Of a DNA stretch of 64,000 nucleotides, positions 9,508 through 19,402 are shown piece by piece. How positions within the stretch are numbered: position 1 is the stretch's first letter; each line of letters starts with the position of its first letter. The position numbers were made by a program, and so were the translations under genes. The stretch is from contig OY759746.1 in NCBI GenBank assembly GCA_963662795.1, forward strand, positions 2,944,001 to 3,008,000, written 5' to 3'. The stretch comes from Spirochaetia bacterium (GTDB lineage Bacteria; Spirochaetota; Spirochaetia; CADAEX01). The notes below the pieces were generated by a model. The model was not told the DNA's origin. It was given only the letters and a program-made list of their open reading frames with translations, and did not search any database.

Positions 9508-9658
9508 AATTACTCCCTGATGCTGCTGCAGTTTATACAGTATCTGTCTATAGCTATTATGAAAATATGGTTTCAGATTAGTACAGGCAGGTTGGTTTGT
9601 CAAACATTGTTAAATTTTATAAGCTATTGCATTTTTTATAATTATTAATAAAAAAAAA

Positions 9659-9687
9659 TTGACAATTCATAAAATATGCTGAATAAT
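9659..9687 (+). promoter_or_regulatory. Putative sigma-70 promoter of the rpiR/ABC operon
   Basis: TTGACA-17 nt-AATAAT. Confidence 0.4.
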
Positions 9688-9747
9688 GAAGTAAATACAC
9701 CATAAATAATATTATAAAGTTAAAATAAGAAGCAGGTACAACGCATA

Positions 9748-10593
9748 ATGTTTGAAAGCATTAATAGTCTGATTGAAAAAAACAGATCTGATATGACAAG
9801 GAGTCAGTGTTCCCTGGCTGATTTTGTACTGGAAAATATCGATGATATCGGTTTTTTAACCTATTCGGAAATCAGCAGGAGGTCCGGCGTCAGTGAAGCC
9901 TCATTCATAAGATTCCTGAGGATGCTGGGGTTTAACGGTTTTGCTGATTTCAAGGAATCATTAAAAGAGCATGTCAGAAATAAAACAGCCCCGAGCATCA
10001 GGATGAAAGAAACAATTTCACAGATTAAAAAAAAGGAAAATGTTTTTAAAAACGCCCTTAATATTGACAAGGCAATGCTCAGGGAAGTCGAGGACCTCTG
10101 GTCAGAGGAAAACACGGATAAGGCTGTAAAACTTCTGAAAAATGCAAGGCGGATTTATGCCGCAGGATTCGGGATATCGCGAAGCGTAGTTGAATTCATA
10201 AGCTTCAGGTTCAATCGTCTCGGGTATTCGGTAATTCCAATGACTATAGGCGGTGCGGAAGTAGTTGAAAAATTATTTAACGCCTGCAGTAAGGATGTCA
10301 TAATTTCCATCGGGTTTTTCCGGCCTCACCGTGAAATAAGCATTATCTATAAAATAGCGGAAGAGAAAAAAATCCCGATAATCGCGCTGACTGATTCTTT
10401 CGCATCATCGCTTACCGAAGGGGCAGAGGTTGTCCTTCATGCAAGAAGAGGCCCCAGAGAGATTATAACGTCACTTGTGGCTCCCATGGCGGTTGCCAAT
10501 ATTCTAAGCCTTGCTCTTGCGATTGATGACGGCAATAAAGCGATTCATTCTTTTTCGGATCTTGAAAAAGTCAAGAATGAATTTAATTTATAA
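9748..10593 (+). CDS. MurR/RpiR-family transcriptional regulator
   Basis: N-terminal HTH (SGVSEASFIRFLRMLGFNGFADFK) and a SIS domain (IYAAGFGIS, IIALTD). Confidence 0.92.
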   Translation: MFESINSLIEKNRSDMTRSQCSLADFVLENIDDIGFLTYSEISRRSGVSEASFIRFLRMLGFNGFADFKESLKEHVRNKTAPSIRMKETISQIKKKENVFKNALNIDKAMLREVEDLWSEENTDKAVKLLKNARRIYAAGFGISRSVVEFISFRFNRLGYSVIPMTIGGAEVVEKLFNACSKDVIISIGFFRPHREISIIYKIAEEKKIPIIALTDSFASSLTEGAEVVLHARRGPREIITSLVAPMAVANILSLALAIDDGNKAIHSFSDLEKVKNEFNL

Positions 10594-10610
10594 TTTTCAG
10601 GAGGATAATT

Positions 10611-11636
10611 ATGAAAAAAATGGGTTTTTTTACGGTGGTATTGCTGCTGTTTTTCTCTCTTGTCTGCGCTTTTGCAGGCGGCGGCAGTGAAAAAAAAGAT
10701 ACGGCAACCGGTGACAGCGGATCGCCCGGCGGCATTATTACGCTATACACGTCAGTGCCTCAGCCGATTGTTGACAGGATCCAGAATGACTTTATGAAAA
10801 AATATCCTGCCATTACACTTGATGCATTCAGATCCGGTACCAGCGCTGTAATTACCAAAATAATGACTGAAAAAGAGGCAGGACAGATTATGGGCGACCT
10901 GGTATGGGTAGCGGAACCTTCGACTTACGAGGAGTTCAAGGATCAGGGACTGCTTGTGAAATTCAATCCGCCTGAAGCCAAAAATTTGTCAAAGGAAATG
11001 GTTGACACTGACGGTTATTACTATGCCGGCAGACTTATAAATATGGTTATTGCCTATAATACGACGAAGGTAAAAGAACCGCCCAAAAGCTGGAAAGACC
11101 TCTTAAACAAAAAGTACGGTGAAGTCGGATTTCCAACACCCCTTAGATCAGGCGCCGCGCTGGCCTCTGTTGAAACTATCGTAGAAAAATACGGATGGGA
11201 ATACTTTGAAAAATTCAAGGCAATGGGAGGAAAGCAGATCCAGAGCAATTCAACTGTAAGGGATATGGTTGTAACAGGTGAGCTTGGAGTCGGAGTACTG
11301 CTTGATTATATGGTGCGCCCCCTGATGGCGAAAGGGTCCCCAATAAATTATGTATGGCCTTCTGACGGTGCGGTTTTTATACCAAGTCCCATAGCTGTTT
11401 TAAAAGACACAAAAAATCAGAAAGCTGCTGAATTGTTTGTAAATTATATTCTGTCTCCCGAAGGGCAGGAAGCAATTGTAAAGGTTGGAGATTTTTATCC
11501 TGTAAGAAAGGATGTGGCTTCCCCGGCCGGAGCGCCTGATATTAAAAACATCAAAAAACTGCCTACTGACTGGAAAGCTGTAAAAGATAATACAAAACAG
11601 ATAAACGAAAAGTGGACTGAAATTTTCGGTGAATAA
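10611..11636 (+). CDS. ABC transporter substrate-binding protein (AfuA/FbpA-like)
   Basis: Signal peptide FAGGGSEKK, ITLYTS, IAYNT, PKSWKDLL and FVNYILSPEGQ. Confidence 0.88.
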   Translation: MKKMGFFTVVLLLFFSLVCAFAGGGSEKKDTATGDSGSPGGIITLYTSVPQPIVDRIQNDFMKKYPAITLDAFRSGTSAVITKIMTEKEAGQIMGDLVWVAEPSTYEEFKDQGLLVKFNPPEAKNLSKEMVDTDGYYYAGRLINMVIAYNTTKVKEPPKSWKDLLNKKYGEVGFPTPLRSGAALASVETIVEKYGWEYFEKFKAMGGKQIQSNSTVRDMVVTGELGVGVLLDYMVRPLMAKGSPINYVWPSDGAVFIPSPIAVLKDTKNQKAAELFVNYILSPEGQEAIVKVGDFYPVRKDVASPAGAPDIKNIKKLPTDWKAVKDNTKQINEKWTEIFGE

Positions 11637-11657
11637 TAATCTAACCTGATTATAAAG

Positions 11658-11684
11658 CAGGGCAGGAGATAATATCCCGCCCTG
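11658..11684 (+). terminator. Intergenic hairpin after the binding-protein gene (stabiliser or partial terminator)
   Basis: CAGGGC...GCCCTG inverted repeat. Confidence 0.4.
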
Positions 11685-11715
11685 TATAAATAGTATTTAA
11701 TAGCAGGATTAAATA

Positions 11716-13410
11716 ATGAACATAAACAGGGGAAAAAAAATAAACAGCGGCATTGCCGTTATGCTTATTGCGTGTGTCATTCTTTTCGCTGTAGTAGTCT
11801 TTCCGCTTCTTAAAATACTGCTGCAGAGTTTTATTTATGATAAAGGAATATCTCTGCAGAATTATATTAATGCGGTATCTGATAAAAAATTCATTACAAG
11901 CCTGAGGAACAGCCTTTATATAAGTCTTTCTGCAATGGCGGGGTCAATTATTATCGGTTCGTTTTTTGCCTGGGTAATAGGAAGGACAGACATCCCGTTT
12001 AAAAAATTTTTCAGAACAGCATTTGTAATTCCTTTTATCATTCCTCCTTTTGTGGGGGCTCTGGCATGGATGCAGCTTCTGGGTCCGGTAGGGATTCTTA
12101 ATACATTATATAAATATCTTGCCGGTACCGATAAAATACTCTGGAATGTATACGGCGCAGATGGCATAATTCTTGTGCTGATCCTTCACCTTTACCCCCT
12201 TGTCTATATAAATATGCTGGGAAGCCTTGAAAGGATGAACCCGGAACTTGAAGAGGCCGCCCAGATGTCTGGTTCGAAAATATTCTCAGTAATGAGGCGG
12301 ATAACGTTGCCTCTTATGCTCCCGGCCCTTGCGTCAGGTGCTGTACTGGTATTTATAATGGCAATAGCTAATTTCGGTATTCCTGCAATACTCGGCTTTT
12401 CAGAAAATTATTATGTACTTACAACCAGGATATATGAAGCTGTGACCAGAAGTGGTTCCCCGAACAGCCTTTCCCTTGCTGCTTCAATCTCTGTGCTGCT
12501 GGGAATGGTCGCCGGTGCGGGTCTTCTGTTTCAGAGACTTTATATCAGCAAGAGAGAATACGCGGTCCTTACAGGCAAAAGCATACAGCCGAATATTATT
12601 TCACTAGGGAAGCATACCTGGTGGATATTGGGAATATGCTCGGTATCTGTATTTATAACAAGTATTGCCCCGCTGCTCTCTATTGTTCTGACATCAATCA
12701 CAAAAATATACGGGCTTCCGCCTGTTCCGTCCAACTGGACAATTGAAAATTTCTATAATGTCTTTTTCGGCAATCTTACTGTAAAGAGGGCAATAAAAAA
12801 CAGTCTCTTTCTTGCCTTTTCTGCTGCAACGATTATAAGCATCCTCGGGTCTCTAATAGCATACATAGTTGTCAAAACTAAAATAAAGGGAAGGTACGCG
12901 CTTGAAATTATATCAAATATGCCTTACGCGCTTCCCGGGACGGTTGTGGCAGTCGGGATGATTCTTGCATGGCTTAAACCGGTCCCTTTAATAGGCGTCA
13001 GGCTTTATAACACAATCTGGATACTGCTTGTTGCGTATATTGCCCGTTATCTGGCATACGGCGTCAGAACTACATCTTCATCTTTAACCCAGGTACATGA
13101 GTCTCTGGAAGAGGCGGCAAGAATTTCCGGAGCAGGCTGGCTGAGAACCTATATAGACATAATTATCCCATTAATTCTGCCGGGCCTTTTTGCAGGCTGG
13201 TTCATGGTTTTTATACCCTGCCTGAGGGAGCTTACAATCTCAGCGCTGCTCTGGTCAACAAGAAATGAAACAATCGGTGTTATGGTTTTTAATCTTCAGG
13301 ATTCAGGCAACACTGTAGCATCTGCCGCGTTATCAGTAATTATGATAAGTGTTTTAATTATTGCTAATCTTATCACAAGAAAACTTACAAAAGGGAAAGC
13401 CGGATACTGA
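11716..13410 (+). CDS. ABC transporter permease, double domain (AfuB/FbpB-like)
   Basis: Two EAA motifs (LEEAAQMSG, LEEAARISG) and about 12 TM segments. Confidence 0.92.
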   Translation: MNINRGKKINSGIAVMLIACVILFAVVVFPLLKILLQSFIYDKGISLQNYINAVSDKKFITSLRNSLYISLSAMAGSIIIGSFFAWVIGRTDIPFKKFFRTAFVIPFIIPPFVGALAWMQLLGPVGILNTLYKYLAGTDKILWNVYGADGIILVLILHLYPLVYINMLGSLERMNPELEEAAQMSGSKIFSVMRRITLPLMLPALASGAVLVFIMAIANFGIPAILGFSENYYVLTTRIYEAVTRSGSPNSLSLAASISVLLGMVAGAGLLFQRLYISKREYAVLTGKSIQPNIISLGKHTWWILGICSVSVFITSIAPLLSIVLTSITKIYGLPPVPSNWTIENFYNVFFGNLTVKRAIKNSLFLAFSAATIISILGSLIAYIVVKTKIKGRYALEIISNMPYALPGTVVAVGMILAWLKPVPLIGVRLYNTIWILLVAYIARYLAYGVRTTSSSLTQVHESLEEAARISGAGWLRTYIDIIIPLILPGLFAGWFMVFIPCLRELTISALLWSTRNETIGVMVFNLQDSGNTVASAALSVIMISVLIIANLITRKLTKGKAGY

Positions 13411-13438
13411 TTGCCGGGATAAGACAGGGGGATTTTTT

Positions 13439-14428
13439 ATGTCACGTGTAGTAATCAAAAAATTGAATAAAAGTTATAATGACAATCTTGTTGTCCGGGA
13501 TTTTACCATTGAAATAAATGACGGTGAATTCATTACCTTTCTCGGGCCTTCAGGATGCGGCAAGACGACTAACCTGAGAATGATCGCCGGGTTCATCCGG
13601 CCTTCCTCAGGTGAAATAATAATTGGTGATAAAACAGTATCCTGCCCTGAAAAGAACATATTTATTCAGCCGGAGGACAGAAAACTGGGTATGGTTTTTC
13701 AGTCATACGCTGTCTGGCCTCATATGAATGTTTTTAATAATATAGCGTATCCGCTTAAGATAAAAAAAGAATCCAGAAAAATAATTGAGAAAAAAGTTGA
13801 CGAGATACTTGAACTTGTTGATATGAGAGACCTGTCATTGCGGTTCCCTCATGAACTTTCAGGCGGACAGCAGCAGAGGGTAGCACTTGCGAGGGCACTT
13901 GTAATGAACCCGGAGGTGCTGCTGCTTGATGAGCCCCTTTCAAACCTTGATGCAAAGCTCAGGGAGGAAATGAGAATAGAGATAAAGGAACTGCAGAGAA
14001 AAACAGGTATTACCATAATATTTGTAACACATGATCAGCTTGAGGCCATGCTGCTTTCTGACCGTGTCGTTGTAATGGAAAAAGGAAATATTCATCAGAT
14101 TGATGATCCCGTTTCAATATACAAGAATCCTGCGGATTATTTTGTGGCTGATTTTATAGGAAATGCCAATTTTGTCAGTCCGGAATTACTTGATATTTCC
14201 GTGGCTGATAAAAAATCCACAATTATGATCAGGCCGGAAGATGTTGTTCTTAATATAAAAACAGGTAAATATGCCGCAACTGTTAAGCAGCGGCTGTTTG
14301 TCGGTGAAGGGTTCTTCTATGTTCTTGATTTCAACGGCAATGACATAAAGGTAAAAACCCATTCCAAAGAGAGCTGCAACACGGGGGATGCCGTTAAATT
14401 TGATTTTCTATATACACATGTAATTTAA
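13439..14428 (+). CDS. ABC transporter ATP-binding subunit (AfuC/FbpC-like)
   Basis: GPSGCGKT, LSGGQQQR, LLLDEP and a TOBE-like tail. ATG at 13439. Confidence 0.93.
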   Translation: MSRVVIKKLNKSYNDNLVVRDFTIEINDGEFITFLGPSGCGKTTNLRMIAGFIRPSSGEIIIGDKTVSCPEKNIFIQPEDRKLGMVFQSYAVWPHMNVFNNIAYPLKIKKESRKIIEKKVDEILELVDMRDLSLRFPHELSGGQQQRVALARALVMNPEVLLLDEPLSNLDAKLREEMRIEIKELQRKTGITIIFVTHDQLEAMLLSDRVVVMEKGNIHQIDDPVSIYKNPADYFVADFIGNANFVSPELLDISVADKKSTIMIRPEDVVLNIKTGKYAATVKQRLFVGEGFFYVLDFNGNDIKVKTHSKESCNTGDAVKFDFLYTHVI

Positions 14429-14446
14429 TCTGACAGGAGAAAAAGT

Positions 14447-15235
14447 ATGATGTTCGGGACAGGGACATGGTTTTATAATGATTTATCAGTTGCAGGGGCG
14501 CTTAAAAGAATAAAAAATGCCGGCCTTGATGCTGCTGAAGTGTGGATGGAGCACCTTCTCAGATCTGATGATGATACGGCAGCTGTTAAGGCGGCAGCCG
14601 GGGAGATGAATCTGGCTTTATCACTGCATGCTGCCTCGTATGACCTGAATATGACTTCGTTCAATAAAGGGATCAGGGATGAATCAAGAAAACAGACCAT
14701 CGACTCGATAATAACGGCCGGGCAGATCGGGGCAAAAACAGTCGTAATTCATCCCGGAAGGATTTCTTCTTCAAAAGGGATCAGCGCAGATTACACCAGG
14801 GAATTATATATTTTTCTTAAAGAGATAGATAAAATTGCGGATTCGGAGGGAGTTGTAATCGGGCTTGAGGTGATGGAAAAGCGGCCCAGGGAGATTCTTG
14901 TTAACCCTGAAGAAGTCATTGATCTTATGAATCAGTCATGGAAAAACCTTAAACTGACAATTGATATAGCCCATGCAAGGACTGTAATGGACCCGTCCGA
15001 ATTTATTAACAGTATCAATCATAAATGGATAAGGCATATCCATTTAAGCGACAGCAGCGCCTCCCGCCCTCATCTGCCGCTCGGAAAGGGAGATTCTGAT
15101 ATTAATAAGGCACTTAAGACGCTGTCTGAATTCTACAAGGGCGTTATTATAATTGAAGGGTATCTTCCCGGGAAAGGCGATGAAGTGATAGCTGATAACG
15201 TACGGTATCTGAAAGAAAACGGATGGATGGAATAA
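14447..15235 (+). CDS. Sugar-phosphate isomerase/epimerase (AP_endonuc_2 TIM barrel)
   Basis: SLHA, VVIHPG, GLEVM, TIDIAH, HIHLSD, HLPLGKG and IIEG. Confidence 0.85.
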   Translation: MMFGTGTWFYNDLSVAGALKRIKNAGLDAAEVWMEHLLRSDDDTAAVKAAAGEMNLALSLHAASYDLNMTSFNKGIRDESRKQTIDSIITAGQIGAKTVVIHPGRISSSKGISADYTRELYIFLKEIDKIADSEGVVIGLEVMEKRPREILVNPEEVIDLMNQSWKNLKLTIDIAHARTVMDPSEFINSINHKWIRHIHLSDSSASRPHLPLGKGDSDINKALKTLSEFYKGVIIIEGYLPGKGDEVIADNVRYLKENGWME

Positions 15236-15557
15236 ATAAAAAAGACACTCCCGCATAACAAAAGGTATATGCAGCCGGCAAGGGTAAAATAAAAAGGTAC
15301 ATATATTGTGTACATCTGATGATGACGCAGTTAGAGATAAAATCCGGCCGTATTAATAATTTATACTGCAATGTGAGCTTCAAAGGGTATTTTTCAGAAT
15401 CAGATTAAAACACAGTTATAAAAAAGGTTTTAACCAGCCTAAGCTGAAAATAAGTTATAAGAGGGGAAAAATCATTTATTGCATTCTGCCCCGTAAACTG
15501 CTTGAAACTGCTGTAAACCTTTTCCCCTTTTTGCTATGATTGCTGGCGGAGGCTTTT

Positions 15558-16448
15558 ATGAATACCTACCTTGACTGCATACCCTGTTTTTTCAACCAGG
15601 CACTGTTTGCATCCCGCCTTGCAGGCTGCAGTGAAAAGCAGCAGAAACAGATCCTTGACGAGGTGTCCCGCCTTGTCCCGAAACTTTCAATGACAGCCTC
15701 TCCGCCTGAAAACGCTGTCCCGGTTTACCGGATAATCAGTGAGATAAGCGGAAATCCTGACCCTTTTAATGAGATAAAAGAGAAAAGCAACAAAGCCGCA
15801 CAGGAGGTATACCCCCATCTTGTAAAGAGGGTTGAGTCATCGGATGATCCTCTTCTTGCGGCGGTGGAGACAGCAATATCAGGCAATATTATCGACTACG
15901 GAGCCAACACCAATACCGACCTGATGGAGGAAATAGAAAAAATACTTGATCAGGAGGACAGGGCTGTACACAGGGAACGGAGTGAGCTTTTTGATATTGA
16001 AGGTCTTCGAAGGGCTCTTTCATCCTCAAAGGAGCTTTTATACATAGGGGATAATGCCGGGGAGATAGTCTTTGACAGGATTCTTGTTAAGACAATCTCA
16101 GGGCTCTACCCCGGGATAAAAATCCGCTTTGCGGTAAGGGGCAGTGCTGTAATAAACGATGTTACCATGGAGGATGCCCGGTTTACCGGGATGGATGAAA
16201 TTTGTGAAGTAATTTCCAGCGGCTCATCAACTCCAGGAGCGGTTTTAAAATTCACAAGCGCTGAATTTTCAGGCCTGATTAACAATGCAGACGTTATTAT
16301 CAGCAAGGGGCAGGGGAATTACGAGGCGCTTTCCGGGAGCGGGCTTCCGGTATTTTTTCTTCTGAGGGTTAAATGCGGCACAATAGCCCGGCATATCCCT
16401 GCGGAAAAGGGTGATTTCTGCCTGCTGAAAGAAAAACGCCAGTTCTGA
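15558..16448 (+). CDS. DUF89/ARMT1-like damage-control phosphatase
   Basis: CIPC, GNIIDYG, DNAGEIVFD, INDVT and SKGQGNYE. ATG at 15558. Confidence 0.9.
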   Translation: MNTYLDCIPCFFNQALFASRLAGCSEKQQKQILDEVSRLVPKLSMTASPPENAVPVYRIISEISGNPDPFNEIKEKSNKAAQEVYPHLVKRVESSDDPLLAAVETAISGNIIDYGANTNTDLMEEIEKILDQEDRAVHRERSELFDIEGLRRALSSSKELLYIGDNAGEIVFDRILVKTISGLYPGIKIRFAVRGSAVINDVTMEDARFTGMDEICEVISSGSSTPGAVLKFTSAEFSGLINNADVIISKGQGNYEALSGSGLPVFFLLRVKCGTIARHIPAEKGDFCLLKEKRQF

Positions 16449-16576
16449 TAAGGTTCATGCATGGTGTAATGATCTGCCGGCTGTCAGTTTAAACAGGATA
16501 ACCCATCTCTTTTTTATATCCGGAATAAATAAAAAGTTGATTAATCAGAATATTTCTATATAATCATCTTATTATT

Positions 16577-18235
16577 TTGAAAAAATTCATAAGAATATGT
16601 ATATATATATTTATTACAACTCTGTTGTTTATCTCATGCACGGTGGGAGATTTCTCTGATATTGAGCAATATCAGGATAAGTCAGGTCCTGAGATAACTT
16701 CTTATGAAATTACAAGCCCTGTTACAGCCTTTGGAGTGATATCAGGGACAAATATTGATATCACAGTCCCTTTCGGCACTGATGTGACATCGCTTGTGCC
16801 GTCAATAATTCATACAGGAAAAGATGTTAATCCGCCATCCGGCGTCGCACAGGATTTTACTTCTCCGGTAACCTATACAGTTACAGCCGACGATTTTTCA
16901 ACAACAAATTACACAGTCAGTGTAACAGTTGCCTCAGGCAGCGCAAAGGAAATTACTTCCTTTAATATCCCCTCCATCCCTGCAACCGGAGTGATATCAG
17001 GGACAAATATTGATATCACAGTCCCGTTCGGCACTGATGTGACGGCTCTTGTCCCTGCCATCACCCATACAGGGGCAAATATTAGCCCGGCAAGCGGGGT
17101 GGCTCAGAACTTTTCGGCAGCTGTTGTATATACAGTAACGGCAGCGGATACTTCAACACAGAATTATACTGTGTCGGTGACAATAGCCCCCAATACTGCG
17201 AAAGAAATTATTTCATTCGATATAACAAGCCCGGTAACTGCAAGCGGCGCTATCGCGGGACTGAATATTTCAGTCGAAGTTCCCTTCGGTACAGATGTTA
17301 CCGCGCTCGTTCCCAATATTGTCCATACAGGTGTAAGCATAAATCCGCCATCCGGCGCAGCGCAGGATTTTACCTTCCCTGTAGTTTATCTTGTAACAGC
17401 TGAGGATTCATCAATTCAGAATTATACGGTTACTGTTACAGTACTTCCCAATCCGGCTGCGACTGTTATCACATCAGCTATTGCGGGAAATCTGGCTTTA
17501 ACGGTTGATATTGCCGGGACTTCGGCTACTGCTGAAGGTAATGTCACTGATGAGGGCGGCTCTGCTGTTACAGGGCGCGGAGTTGTATATAATACTGCCC
17601 CTAATCCGACAATTTTTACAGGTACAGTCATGGCAAGCGGTTCTGGCCCCGGAGTTTTCACTGTCAATATGTCAGGGCTTACGGAAAATACTACATATTA
17701 TGTCCGTGCCTATGCTACCAACAGTGACGGAACCGCTTACGGAAACCAGGTTATTTTTAACTCAGGGTATCAGTTTTCAGCAACTGTATTCCAGGGAGGT
17801 TATGTTTTTTACAACGACGGCTCAGGCGGAGGGCTTGTGTCATCGACTGCCGATCAGAGTGCCTCCTGGGAATGGATCAATGGCGGGTCAACCCAGACAA
17901 CATTAAATGGCTCTACCCAGCAAGCTGTCGGTACAGGGCTGGCTAATACTGCTGCGATCATAGCCCAGACAGGCCATACCGGAAGCGCCGCACAGCTTTG
18001 TGATGACTATGATGACGGCACATATACTGACTGGTATCTGCCTTCCCGTGATGAACTTATTTTGATGTACGGGAAGCTTAAATTAAACCTGATCGGCGGC
18101 TTTGCAGATCTTTTTTACTGGAGTTCATCAGAAGGTGGCGCAACAACAGCATCTTGCCTTGATTTCACCAGCGGTACCCAGGGAACATTTAGTAAAGGTA
18201 ATTTTTATAATGTCAGGGCAGTCAGGAATTTTTAA
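16577..18235 (+). CDS. Surface lipoprotein: three Ig-like repeats + FN3-like + DUF1566/CLec-like C-terminal domain
   Basis: Lipobox LFISC. Three roughly 85-aa EITSF...VPFGTDVT.L.P...YTVTA repeats. YYVRAYATN. DWYLPSRDEL...YWSSSE...VRAVRNF. Confidence 0.8.
   Translation: MKKFIRICIYIFITTLLFISCTVGDFSDIEQYQDKSGPEITSYEITSPVTAFGVISGTNIDITVPFGTDVTSLVPSIIHTGKDVNPPSGVAQDFTSPVTYTVTADDFSTTNYTVSVTVASGSAKEITSFNIPSIPATGVISGTNIDITVPFGTDVTALVPAITHTGANISPASGVAQNFSAAVVYTVTAADTSTQNYTVSVTIAPNTAKEIISFDITSPVTASGAIAGLNISVEVPFGTDVTALVPNIVHTGVSINPPSGAAQDFTFPVVYLVTAEDSSIQNYTVTVTVLPNPAATVITSAIAGNLALTVDIAGTSATAEGNVTDEGGSAVTGRGVVYNTAPNPTIFTGTVMASGSGPGVFTVNMSGLTENTTYYVRAYATNSDGTAYGNQVIFNSGYQFSATVFQGGYVFYNDGSGGGLVSSTADQSASWEWINGGSTQTTLNGSTQQAVGTGLANTAAIIAQTGHTGSAAQLCDDYDDGTYTDWYLPSRDELILMYGKLKLNLIGGFADLFYWSSSEGGATTASCLDFTSGTQGTFSKGNFYNVRAVRNF
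16733..17043 (+). repeat. 56-bp near-identical direct repeat within the Ig-like repeats
   Basis: 16733-16788 versus 16988-17043: one mismatch, 255-bp period. Confidence 0.9.
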
Positions 18236-18313
18236 ACCACTGAATTAAGATCAGAAAAAGATTCAGCCGGTTAAAGTCTGGTTATTAAGGGCCAATCCGG
18301 ATATAATAAAATT

Positions 18314-19333
18314 ATGAACTACAATACATCAAGCCATATAACGCCGCCGTTTTACCTGAAAAATCCTGTTCTCCAGACAGTGCTTTCAAGCATGAAAATA
18401 CGGAACAGGGGGATAACTTCTTTTGAGCTTGAAAGCAGGGAAGTCCTTGTTGACGCCGGCGGCGGGGTAAGGCTTACAGGGTTTATATCGTCACACGATA
18501 CTTCAAGGGAGACTTCAGACAGCGGAAAGTCTCTGAAAAAACTGATAATCCTTCTTCACGGCTGGGAGGGCAGCGAACGTTCAGCATACATGGTAGCTGC
18601 GGGGCGGTTTTTTTATCAACTCGGCTATGATATATTCCGTCTAAATCTCCGTGACCACGGAAATTCCCATCACCTTAACAAAGGCCCTTTCCTGGGTACT
18701 CTTATAGATGAGGCCTACAGTGCGGTAAAAAGGATTATAGCAGATTACGGTGCAGACAGTAACGTGTATGTAATAGGCTTTTCCATGGGTGCCAATTTTG
18801 CACTGAGGATCGCGAAACTGGCAGGGGATGAAACTGCAGGCGGCGCAGGAAGCGGTTTGCCTGATAAAGTCATTGCGGTAAACCCTCCCTTAAACCCGCT
18901 TACTGCTACACAAAATATTGATAAATACTTTTTAATAAGAAAATATTTTCTTAAAAAATGGAAAAAGAGCCTGATTAAAAAACAGCAGGCATTTCCTGAT
19001 GTATACGATTTCAGCCGCTATCTGGATACCGGCAGCTGTGTTGACCTTACAAGACATCTTGTTGATCAATACTCGGAATATGACAGTATGGAAGAGTATT
19101 TCGGACATTATACGCTCGGCCTTGATTTCTTCAAATCAATAAAAATGCCGGTTTTAGTCATTACCGCCTCAGATGATCCGGTCATTGATATAAGCGGCTT
19201 TGATGATATAATAAAATCAAAGAACAGCAGCATTGATCTGCGTATTGAGCCTTACGGCGGCCACTGCGCATATTTAAGGGATTTTAAGTTTAACACCTGG
19301 CTTTTTGACATGATTCTTGAAAAAATCAAATGA
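18314..19333 (+). CDS. Alpha/beta hydrolase (YheT-like)
   Basis: LLHGWEG, nucleophile GFSMG, ASDDPVI and GGHCAY. Confidence 0.88.
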   Translation: MNYNTSSHITPPFYLKNPVLQTVLSSMKIRNRGITSFELESREVLVDAGGGVRLTGFISSHDTSRETSDSGKSLKKLIILLHGWEGSERSAYMVAAGRFFYQLGYDIFRLNLRDHGNSHHLNKGPFLGTLIDEAYSAVKRIIADYGADSNVYVIGFSMGANFALRIAKLAGDETAGGAGSGLPDKVIAVNPPLNPLTATQNIDKYFLIRKYFLKKWKKSLIKKQQAFPDVYDFSRYLDTGSCVDLTRHLVDQYSEYDSMEEYFGHYTLGLDFFKSIKMPVLVITASDDPVIDISGFDDIIKSKNSSIDLRIEPYGGHCAYLRDFKFNTWLFDMILEKIK

Positions 19334-19402
19334 AATATTGCCGCTGTGCGATAATAGACTTAAATTAAATAGTAACAATGAAATCAGCAGAATGCGGCTA
19401 TT

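Noticed and set aside
15236-15557. Possible ncRNA or gene remnant in a 320-bp spacer
   Set aside because: No convincing structure, RBS or motif.
16577-18320. Complete diversity-generating retroelement
   Set aside because: No reverse transcriptase, avd gene or template repeat was seen in the window.
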